Position numbers and translations under genes: made by a program. From an uncultured Candidatus Babeliaceae bacterium (GTDB lineage Bacteria; Babelota; Babeliae; Babelales; Babelaceae): a stretch of 64,000 nucleotides of DNA. The stretch spans positions 992,001 to 1,056,000 of the forward strand of contig OY969927.1 of the NCBI GenBank assembly GCA_963704655.1, given 5' to 3'. The notes under the pieces are model-generated. The model saw only the letters and a list, made by a program, of their open reading frames with translations. It did not search any database and was not told the DNA's origin. Position 1 is the stretch's first letter. Each line of letters starts with the position of its first letter. Below are positions 56,113 to 64,000 of the stretch, one piece after another.

Positions 56113-58740
56113 ATGAGTAATTTTAAAGTTCAGAAAAAAGTTTTAAAAAATGGCTTAACGGTTCTAGTTTTAGAAAATCATACTATCCCTAAAGTTTCAT
56201 CACAGTTGTGGTATGGTGTTGGCTCAAAAGATGAAAAATCGAGTCAAAAAGGGATAGCCCATTTTATCGAGCATATGATCTTTAAAGGTACTGAAAAGCT
56301 TTCTGAATCTGATATTAATCTTATTACTCATAAACTTTCTGGCACCTGTAACGCCTTTACATCTTATGATTATACGGGTTACTTGTTTGATTTTCCGGCT
56401 TCCGTTTGGCAAGAAGCTTTGCCTATTATGGCTGACTGCATGAGAAATTGTACTTTTAAACAGCAATTTCTAAATTCAGAAGTAAAAGCCGTTATCCAAG
56501 AATTAAAGATGTATAATGACGATTATGGTTCAACGCTTATAGAAAAGATGATCAGTACCATATTTTTAGATCATCCTTACCATCACCCCATTATTGGATA
56601 TAAATATGACCTTTGGAGTCTTAATAGAGATTCTTTAGTAGGGTTTTATCAAAAACATTATATTCCAAATAACGCCATGTTAGTTGTTGTTGGTGATGTT
56701 ACGCCTCAAGAAGTATTTACTCAAGCAGAAAAGGCTTTTGGAGCTATTCCTGCTGATACTGGGTATAAACATGAAACTTTTTATCATACGCCGGATCTTA
56801 ATAGTGGCGCTGTTACATTATATCGTGAAGTCCAAAAACCCATTTTTATATATGCTTACGTTGTCCCGGGGCTCAAAGCACGCGTAGATTATGTACTTGA
56901 CTGTCTCACCTGGATTATTGGTGCCGGTAAAGGTTCACGGTTATATAAAAAGCTAGTCGAGCAAGAAAATATAGCAAGTGATGTTAATTGCTTTGTTTAC
57001 GATCTTTTTGATCATAGTGTCTTTTTTATCCAAGTTGACCCGTATGATACTCAAAGCCAAGAGCATATAAAATCTATAATTATTGAAGAAATAGCAGGTT
57101 TAATGCAAGGGGATATTACCCAGGAAGAGTTAACTCGTGCAACCAAAAAAACAGAGATGGACTTTATATCACTCCAAGAAAGTAACCAAAAATTAGCTTA
57201 TATTATTGGTAAATATTATACCGCCCTGCAAGATGAAACCTATCTTGAAAATTACACAGATATTGACCCGAAAGTTGTAAAAGAGCAGATTCAAGCTATT
57301 GCCCAGCGTTATTTAAGCTCAGCGCTTATGTTTACTGGCGCTGTCTTGCCAATAGCCCAACAAGATAAAGACCTTTGGAAGTCTTACCAAGATGTTTCTG
57401 ATGCTCAAGATGCTAAAGTTTTATCAGCAATTACACGCGAAACATCTGTTGAAGATGGCTCACAGGTGCATTCGATCCCTGCTGAGTATATTCAGGCAAA
57501 CTTTAATTATCCTCAAGCAGAAAAAACATTATTAAGTAATGGCCTTAAAGTGTTATATCATCATGACTCCGCAGTTTCAAAAATAGAGGTCATTCTCGAC
57601 TTTCAGGGCAAGTATTTTTATGATCCAGAAGATAAGCAGGGTTTAACGATGATGCTTTTTGATATGTTACAAGAAGGTACAGTATCATATTCTTCTATAG
57701 AACTTGCTCATGTTATAGAATCACGCGGCATGTCGTTAGGTACTTTCCCAGGGTTAGTTACTTTAAGTATGCTTGCATCTGATTTACGCGATGGTCTTGA
57801 ACTTATAAAAGAAATTATTTGTAGCCCGCGCTTACCAAAAGAGTCTTTTGAGCATGTTAAAAACAGATTATTAGCAGATGTTGAAGATTTTTGGGATGAC
57901 CCGCAACAGTTTATTGGGCAACTGGTTCGTGAAAATATTTATGATCATCACCCATATCACAAAAATATCTTTGGTACCCGTGAAACGCTTTCATTAATAA
58001 CGCATGAAGATGTAAAGAGATGGTTTAATCGCATGATTACACCATTAGGTTCCCGCATTATTGTTGTTGGTGACTTAACTAACTATAATGTTGTTCAAGA
58101 AATAGAAAAGGTTTTTTCATCGTGGTCAGGTTCAGCGCTTACTCCTATGGAATTTCCTCAACTGCCATCAATTACGGCCCATGAAATTCAGTATCCTATA
58201 GTTCGTGACCAGATAACTCTTGCCTTTGCAGGAATATCTGTTTCGCGCAAAGACCCTGATTTTGATAAGTTACTTCTTTTTGATCAAGTTTTTAGCGGCG
58301 GGGTGTTGGGTTCTATGAGTTCACGTCTTTTTGAGCTACGCGAACGTTCTGGATTATTTTATACTATTGGCGGTTCATTAATTGCCAACTCGGACCAGCA
58401 ACCGGGCATCGTCTATATTAAAACCATCGTTTCACCAGACAGACTTGTTGAAGCGGAAAAAAGTATTCGCGAAGTTATCGCCCAAGGCGCACAAGGTTTG
58501 ACGCAGGCGGAACTTAATGAGGCCGTCCAAGCCGTTAGCAGCTCACTCGTGGACAACTTTGCCTCTATGAAAAAGATGGCATCTACTTTCCTTTTTATGG
58601 ACACTTTTGACATTTCGCCTGAATTTTTTAAAAATAGATATGAGCAACTTTCTAAAATCACTATTGAGGAAGTTCAGTCTGCGGTTAAAAGACATCTTGA
58701 TCTTTCTAAGATGGTTACCATTAGGGTTGGCAGGGTTTAA
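56113..58740 (+). CDS. M16 (pitrilysin/insulinase) family zinc peptidase, fused active and inactive halves
   Basis: HFIEHMIFKGT, NAFTSYD, HPYHHPIIG; second half with SRLFELRERSGLFY. Confidence 0.93.
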   Translation: MSNFKVQKKVLKNGLTVLVLENHTIPKVSSQLWYGVGSKDEKSSQKGIAHFIEHMIFKGTEKLSESDINLITHKLSGTCNAFTSYDYTGYLFDFPASVWQEALPIMADCMRNCTFKQQFLNSEVKAVIQELKMYNDDYGSTLIEKMISTIFLDHPYHHPIIGYKYDLWSLNRDSLVGFYQKHYIPNNAMLVVVGDVTPQEVFTQAEKAFGAIPADTGYKHETFYHTPDLNSGAVTLYREVQKPIFIYAYVVPGLKARVDYVLDCLTWIIGAGKGSRLYKKLVEQENIASDVNCFVYDLFDHSVFFIQVDPYDTQSQEHIKSIIIEEIAGLMQGDITQEELTRATKKTEMDFISLQESNQKLAYIIGKYYTALQDETYLENYTDIDPKVVKEQIQAIAQRYLSSALMFTGAVLPIAQQDKDLWKSYQDVSDAQDAKVLSAITRETSVEDGSQVHSIPAEYIQANFNYPQAEKTLLSNGLKVLYHHDSAVSKIEVILDFQGKYFYDPEDKQGLTMMLFDMLQEGTVSYSSIELAHVIESRGMSLGTFPGLVTLSMLASDLRDGLELIKEIICSPRLPKESFEHVKNRLLADVEDFWDDPQQFIGQLVRENIYDHHPYHKNIFGTRETLSLITHEDVKRWFNRMITPLGSRIIVVGDLTNYNVVQEIEKVFSSWSGSALTPMEFPQLPSITAHEIQYPIVRDQITLAFAGISVSRKDPDFDKLLLFDQVFSGGVLGSMSSRLFELRERSGLFYTIGGSLIANSDQQPGIVYIKTIVSPDRLVEAEKSIREVIAQGAQGLTQAELNEAVQAVSSSLVDNFASMKKMASTFLFMDTFDISPEFFKNRYEQLSKITIEEVQSAVKRHLDLSKMVTIRVGRV

Positions 58741-58752
58741 ATAGGGCTTATC

Positions 58753-59649
58753 GTGAAAAAATTGTTTTTTATTACGTTAATAATTTTTAACGCATGTTTT
58801 GCTAGCGAACCAGAATCATCAAAAAATTCTTGGGTTGAAGCACAAAGAATAATTGGCCTTGCTAAGCGACAAAGTGTTGCCTTTGATACAGATGGGTCGC
58901 GCTATTCTTTGCTAGAAAAATTTGGGGCAAATAGTGTTGTTAAAATTTTTAGCATCATTGATAACCCAATCGAGTTCGGTCAACCGGAAGCAAATAGTAT
59001 GGCATTTCATCCAACTGATCGGAACAAGGTTGCATTTTCTCAGCAGAAAAGTGTAAAAGTTTGGGATTTGGAAGCAGATAAAGAAATTTTGCACATGCCT
59101 ATTGAATCTGAGATGACACAGTTCTTTACTGTAACCTTTAGTAACGATGGCATCAACCTTGACCCTTTGACTTTCAGAGAAGGTGGTAATCAGCTTGCTG
59201 CAGCAAATAATGATACACGTTGGGGATTATCTTTGTTTGATATAAAATCAGGCAAGCCATTAAAAAAATATATTTCGGCGCCCTGCCAGGTTTTGACTAT
59301 GAAATTTGATGGTGATAATCTATACGCTTTGGGGGCTTATAGCTGTAAAAATTTAATAACTTTAAATTGCAATTCATATCAGCTTAAAGAAGAGCAACTA
59401 GCTTTTCGTTTTGGAGGCGCGTCATATGCTAAAAATGGAACAGCTTTAATAAACAGCAATAATGTGTTGCGCATTGTTGATCATATTGGAGAATCAGGAC
59501 AAATAGTTACAAATGTAATGGTAGATGGCGATCCGGTTAGAGCAGATAGCGGAGCTGTTGCTTTGAGCCCAGATGCAAATATGCTTATGTATCAAGTATT
59601 TAAAAATCCTAATTACGAAGTCGTTTTGTTACAAAAAAAATCGGAATAA
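58753..59649 (+). CDS. Secreted WD40-like beta-propeller protein
   Basis: GTG start, signal peptide, MAFHP, VKVWD, ALSPDA repeats. Confidence 0.75.
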   Translation: MKKLFFITLIIFNACFASEPESSKNSWVEAQRIIGLAKRQSVAFDTDGSRYSLLEKFGANSVVKIFSIIDNPIEFGQPEANSMAFHPTDRNKVAFSQQKSVKVWDLEADKEILHMPIESEMTQFFTVTFSNDGINLDPLTFREGGNQLAAANNDTRWGLSLFDIKSGKPLKKYISAPCQVLTMKFDGDNLYALGAYSCKNLITLNCNSYQLKEEQLAFRFGGASYAKNGTALINSNNVLRIVDHIGESGQIVTNVMVDGDPVRADSGAVALSPDANMLMYQVFKNPNYEVVLLQKKSE

Positions 59650-59680
59650 ATTTATAGTTAAATTCAATTTAGGGACACAT

Positions 59681-60121
59681 ATGAAACGTTTTACTTTTAT
59701 AACACTTTTTTTGTTGTTCGGTGCAACAAATCTTGTTGCCATGGAACAGCTTACTGAAAAGCAAATGGCATTAAAAAATAAAGTTATGAGCGCTCAAAGA
59801 CATAATAATGCTGAAGAGTATCTTTTAGAAGATCTTGTTTTTGTTAAAATAGCCGCTGGTGGTTTATTAAATGACATTGTAGCAAGGGCCAATCGCCAAA
59901 GTATGGGCGGCATCGCACGAACAATAGAAGCAAAAAAATGTGTATATGGTTATTTTAAGCAAGCCGTCAAAACTCATACTACTCTAAAATATCAAATTTT
60001 AATTCAAAATTTAGAGCCTGATATTTTCATGGCTAAACCTTCTGAAATCATGCAAGAAGTCACTCCACAAGAACATGATAATTATTTTAAAAGCCTTGAG
60101 CACAAAATAGTACTTTGCTAA
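59681..60121 (+). CDS. Hypothetical secreted protein
   Basis: AGGGA RBS; signal peptide ending LVA-ME. Confidence 0.72.
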   Translation: MKRFTFITLFLLFGATNLVAMEQLTEKQMALKNKVMSAQRHNNAEEYLLEDLVFVKIAAGGLLNDIVARANRQSMGGIARTIEAKKCVYGYFKQAVKTHTTLKYQILIQNLEPDIFMAKPSEIMQEVTPQEHDNYFKSLEHKIVLC

Positions 60122-60159
60122 TAAATCCGAATAAATTTATAACTCAAGAGGTTAATACA

Positions 60160-60534
60160 ATGAGACACGTTTTTTTTATCATTTTTTTATTAAGCATATT
60201 CGGTGTTCTTGAAGCAAGCGAAGTAACGCCGCCAGTTGAGGTACAGTATGCGTTTGTTCGGCCGAATCCACTTCCAGGCTTACAGCAATTTATTGGCACA
60301 GTCGTTTATGCGAAATATGAAAATAATCATCCTTCGTCTGATCATTTAAAGTGTCATTCAGCTTTATATGGAGATAGTATTATCGTTCCTCGTAAATATC
60401 TGTCAGATGCAACTTTTGATGATTATCTATACTGCGCATCCATGAGGAATAAAAAAAGCGATGTTATTAAAGCATATCTAACTAGAGTAGGGGCGCAACC
60501 GACAAAAATTAACTATAAAAGCGCATCAGCTTAA
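60160..60534 (+). CDS. Hypothetical secreted protein
   Basis: GAGG RBS; signal peptide ending LEA-SE. Confidence 0.72.
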   Translation: MRHVFFIIFLLSIFGVLEASEVTPPVEVQYAFVRPNPLPGLQQFIGTVVYAKYENNHPSSDHLKCHSALYGDSIIVPRKYLSDATFDDYLYCASMRNKKSDVIKAYLTRVGAQPTKINYKSASA

Positions 60535-60600
60535 AATCTGTGGGCAAAGAGTAAAGCAACGAATACAGATTTATTCTGATAAATAAAATTAATTAGTCAC

Positions 60601-60631
60601 GCGCCGGGGTCATAAACCCCGGCGCTTTTTT
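60601..60631 (+). terminator. Intrinsic terminator
   Basis: GCGCCGGGGT...ACCCCGGCGC followed by T-run. Confidence 0.88.
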
Positions 60632-60719
60632 ATTGTGTTTAGTTTGATATATATGAGAACATTATCTAAGGGTACGCTGTAATTTTTATAACTTTTAAGA
60701 TATATAAAAAGGGGTATAT

Positions 60720-61631
60720 ATGAAAAAAATATTATTCAGCACGTTACTATTTTTTAATGTTTGCAGAGCTTCAGAATCAGAAACATCAGATTTATGGAGG
60801 GTAAAAATGGTTTTTGCAAATAATCCAGACATGGCTCAAACCTTTGCTTTTGATAGAAAGGGCGCAAGACTTTCTATATCAGAGGCGCCAACTGATGAAC
60901 AGAGAATTTCTAAGATTGTTCAAATTTTTGACACCAATACCGGCGCTCTGCTGTATGACTTTAAGCAAGAAGGGGTTTTTGCTGTTGCATTTCATCCGCA
61001 TGACGACAATAAAATTGCTTTAACCTTAAGAGATACCGTGCTCATTTGGGATATTAATCAGGGATCTTCTGTTTTAGAAATGTGTGTTGATGATAGCTAT
61101 GATGAAGTTGCACTTGGATCATTGGCATTTAATGGATGTGGGAATCAAATTGCTGCTGGATGCTGTAATTTAAATAACAATCTTTTTCTATTCGATCTTA
61201 ATGTTGGAAATCTTGTTAAAACAAAGCCACATTACAAACCAGTGCATGCGGTAACTTTTACTAGGGATCAAAAAATACAGGCTATCGGCAGTGATTTTAA
61301 TGATGAAGTATTTTTTACCATATGGGATCCTGGCACAACTATGGCAACATATAGAGATATTGAAGATGAATTTTGCAATGTCACTTTTGCGCAAGGCAGC
61401 CCAACCACCATGGTCTTAATGGATGATTTTGATGGTGGCGAATTAAGAGTTATAGATAACTTTAAAACCCCAGAACAAGTTACTCGAAAAGTAGAACTGA
61501 ACGATGATACTATTAGTTCTACTTGCGAAGAGATCGCATTAAGCACAGATGGTAATATGATTATGTGTGTTGCGAAAAATACAACAACTAACCAGGAAGA
61601 CCTTTACTTATTAGAAAGAATATCAAAGTAA
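60720..61631 (+). CDS. Secreted WD40-like beta-propeller protein (paralog of 58753..59649)
   Basis: Signal peptide; VAFHPHDDNK, VLIWD, GNQIAA, ALSTDG. Confidence 0.78.
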   Translation: MKKILFSTLLFFNVCRASESETSDLWRVKMVFANNPDMAQTFAFDRKGARLSISEAPTDEQRISKIVQIFDTNTGALLYDFKQEGVFAVAFHPHDDNKIALTLRDTVLIWDINQGSSVLEMCVDDSYDEVALGSLAFNGCGNQIAAGCCNLNNNLFLFDLNVGNLVKTKPHYKPVHAVTFTRDQKIQAIGSDFNDEVFFTIWDPGTTMATYRDIEDEFCNVTFAQGSPTTMVLMDDFDGGELRVIDNFKTPEQVTRKVELNDDTISSTCEEIALSTDGNMIMCVAKNTTTNQEDLYLLERISK

Positions 61632-61644
61632 AATCTTGTGATAA

Positions 61645-62409
61645 CTATTTTACAAACCAGGGAATAAAGACGCTGGTCTCACGCATGTATTGTTGAAAAT
61701 CTGGATTGTCTTTAAGTTTGCTTTCAAGCAAGGGCACCCCAGAGACATAGAGCAAAAGATAGGTAATGGTAAGTGGGCTTATAATGGTTAAAAATCCATA
61801 GGGGCGCGAAAGGGTGATAACAAATATTCCCCACCACATAAGCGTTTCGCCAAAATAGTTTGGGTGGCGCGAATATCGCCATAAACCAGACCTCATAATC
61901 TTGCCGCGATTTGCTGGGTCAGATAAAAATTGTTTAAGTTGATAATCTGCAACAGACTCAAAGATAAAACCTGTGATCCAAATAAGTGTTCCTAAAATTG
62001 TGTAAAAAGAGATAGCGCCAGAATCTGCTGTGTTAATAAAAATTATAGGCGCAGCTATAAGTAGCAAAATAAAGCCCTGTAGCATAAAAACTTGCAAATA
62101 AGATCGCACAACAACATACTGCCCCCATTCTTTTCGCCATTGGGCATAGCGCTGATCTTCAGGCTTGTTGTGATTCCGTAAGTAAATGTGCCAGCTTAAT
62201 CGCGTGCCCCAAATAATCACCAGTGTTGTTGCAAGAATTTGTTGTGGTAAATATAAACCAGTTATTATCAGCGATTCAATCGCAACAAGAATAAACCCAA
62301 GTCCCCAGGCGATATCGGCAACGCTGTTATTTTTTATGCGTAATGCGTATACAAACCATGCTGACATGTACAAAAATACAGTAATAATAAGAAAAATAAT
62401 GTTTATCAT
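61645..62409 (-). CDS. DUF1295 (steroid 5-alpha reductase-like) membrane protein
   Basis: ADIAWGLGF, EDQRY, ESVADYQL, GLWRYSRHPNYFGE; start reset to MINIIF. Confidence 0.9.
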   Translation of the reverse strand: MINIIFLIITVFLYMSAWFVYALRIKNNSVADIAWGLGFILVAIESLIITGLYLPQQILATTLVIIWGTRLSWHIYLRNHNKPEDQRYAQWRKEWGQYVVVRSYLQVFMLQGFILLLIAAPIIFINTADSGAISFYTILGTLIWITGFIFESVADYQLKQFLSDPANRGKIMRSGLWRYSRHPNYFGETLMWWGIFVITLSRPYGFLTIISPLTITYLLLYVSGVPLLESKLKDNPDFQQYMRETSVFIPWFVK

Positions 62410-62439
62410 GATATAATAGTAGTAACATGAGAAAAATAT

Positions 62440-63246
62440 ATGCAAGAAAATTACCAAAATTTTATAGACACTATTTACGATTATTATAAAAATAACAGAC
62501 GCTCTTTTGAATGGCGGGAAGATATTTCGCCCTATAGAGTTTTAGTTTCAGAGATTATGTTGCAGCAGACTCAAACAGATCGTGTTGCACAAAAATTTCC
62601 TTTATGGTTAAATTACTTTCCAGATTTTGAAACGCTTGCGCGCGCAAGCACGCGTGATGTCATTGCTGCGTGGGCGGGGCTTGGATACAACAGAAGGGCG
62701 TTGGCGTTGCATGCAGCTGCGCAACGCGTTGCACAAGAATTTAATGGTAGTTTGCCAAATGATCCAGAAATGTTGCAAACGTTTAAAGGTATTGGGCCAA
62801 ATACCGCCGGCTCTATTTGTGCGTTTGCTTTTAATAAACCAACTATATTTATAGAGACAAATATTCGTGCAGTATATATTCACCATTTTTTTCCAGGTGA
62901 AGAAAAAGTTCATGACAAACAGCTATTGCCCATTATAGAAGCAACATTGGATTACCAAAATCCACGCGATTGGTATTATGCGCTTATGGATTATGGGGTA
63001 AAATTAAAAAAAGAACATAAAAACCCAAGCCGCAAAAGTAAACACCATACCGTACAATCCCGGTTTGAAGGTTCTGAGCGCCAAATACGCGGCATGATTT
63101 TACGTGCACTTACAGAGTTTGGAAAATTATCTTTTGATGATCTTGTTGCTGTTATCCCGCGCCCACAGCAACGTATTGAAAAAAATCTTTCAGATTTAAT
63201 TTCAGAAGGGTTTATTAAAGTTAAAGACCAGGATTATTACTTATAA
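62440..63246 (+). CDS. mutY: Short A/G-specific adenine glycosylase (MutY-like)
   Basis: WRE...PYRVLVSEIMLQQT, WAGLGYNRRA, HhH KGIGPNTA, ALMDYG. Confidence 0.85.
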   Translation: MQENYQNFIDTIYDYYKNNRRSFEWREDISPYRVLVSEIMLQQTQTDRVAQKFPLWLNYFPDFETLARASTRDVIAAWAGLGYNRRALALHAAAQRVAQEFNGSLPNDPEMLQTFKGIGPNTAGSICAFAFNKPTIFIETNIRAVYIHHFFPGEEKVHDKQLLPIIEATLDYQNPRDWYYALMDYGVKLKKEHKNPSRKSKHHTVQSRFEGSERQIRGMILRALTEFGKLSFDDLVAVIPRPQQRIEKNLSDLISEGFIKVKDQDYYL

Positions 63247-63278
63247 CTTTTTAATTACATATATCTAAGCGCAAGGCA

Positions 63279-63642
63279 TTAATTTGGTGTTAATTTTTTT
63301 GTTATGATATTCATAAGTTGAAAATAATCATCGATATTTTTTGCTATTCTTTCAGAGAAGTCTTCACCATAGTTATGTGATGTTGCATTTCTATCATCAA
63401 CAGCTTTTAATAGAGTATCAAATTCTTTATCTGATATAATTTTGTTCATGAAACAAGCACGGAAGACATCTTTGGGATTGACTTGTCTTAAAATAATACC
63501 GTTTTCAGTAAGATAATCTGCTAAATATTTCCAAGAATTCATCTTTAATTGTTGGATCATTAGATCTTTTAACAGAGGAGGCAAGAGTTGTTAATGATTT
63601 TAAGAGTAAATCATATCGCAGGTTTAGCGATTTTTTTTCCAT
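63279..63642 (-). pseudogene. HEPN toxin (HI0074/nucleotidyltransferase substrate-binding family), frameshifted
   Basis: ATG 63642 frame stops at 63505 after 45 aa; a second frame carries WKYL, PKDVFR and RNATSHNY (R-X4-H-X-Y). Confidence 0.75.
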
Positions 63643-63956
63643 AATACTAACTCTGGCGTAATGATTTTTTTAAATTCTTTTGAGATATTATTTAAATCCA
63701 CTATATCGATGTCATAGGGTTGGTTTAATGCCAGTAAAACATCTTTAAGTTCCGAAACAGCATAGCGGTCTAATTTTTTTCCCGAATCAAGAGCTAGATC
63801 TATGTCTGAGGTTTCACTATTTGTTCCTCTTGCGCGTGAGCCATATATATAAATATCGGCATCAGGAAATAGTGCGCTGGTAACATTGATAATTTTTTCA
63901 CGAAGTTCAGGTTTTAAGCTGCTCGATTGTTTTTCAATTTCTAGTGTTTTATTCAT
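63624..63956 (-). CDS. Minimal nucleotidyltransferase (MNT) antitoxin
   Basis: YIYGSRARG....SDIDLA and DIDIVD motifs; 110 aa; overlaps HEPN start. Confidence 0.9.
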   Translation of the reverse strand: MNKTLEIEKQSSSLKPELREKIINVTSALFPDADIYIYGSRARGTNSETSDIDLALDSGKKLDRYAVSELKDVLLALNQPYDIDIVDLNNISKEFKKIITPELVLWKKNR

Positions 63957-64000
63957 TTTTCCCCTTGATTATCTCACTTTATTTTACAATTTGAACAATC

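Noticed and set aside
63279-63584. 101-aa ORF as an intact HEPN gene
   Set aside because: Its first residues are out of frame with the natural start at 63642; treated as a pseudogene fragment

Overview
AT-rich bacterial chromosome segment. The gene content (housekeeping genes interspersed with about 30 signal-peptide-bearing orphan proteins, secreted WD40 propellers and eukaryote-type PPP phosphatases) suggests an intracellular parasite of protists; Dependentiae/Babelota (TM6) is my inference and is not proven here. Housekeeping genes include ndk, rpsA, deaD, polA, mnmH, priA, orn, ruvA, tRNA-Gly, jag, mnmE, pal, rng, gatB, aspS, nfo, infB, nusA, bcp and mutY. The window contains the probable replication origin (8 perfect DnaA boxes at 51947-52186, no dnaA nearby). 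Highlights: (1) a secreted protein with an apparent WH2-Central-Acidic(W) Arp2/3-activator module, Pro-rich motifs and a second WH2; (2) a family of palindromic mini-elements that nest inside each other, one inserted in-frame in mnmE; (3) a tandem array of secreted, membrane-anchored paralogs; (4) a two-domain D-Ala-D-Ala ligase whose halves differ at the specificity residue; (5) two secreted PPP Ser/Thr phosphatases; (6) an MNT-HEPN toxin-antitoxin pair with a broken toxin. All assignments come from reading motifs by eye; no database search was run.
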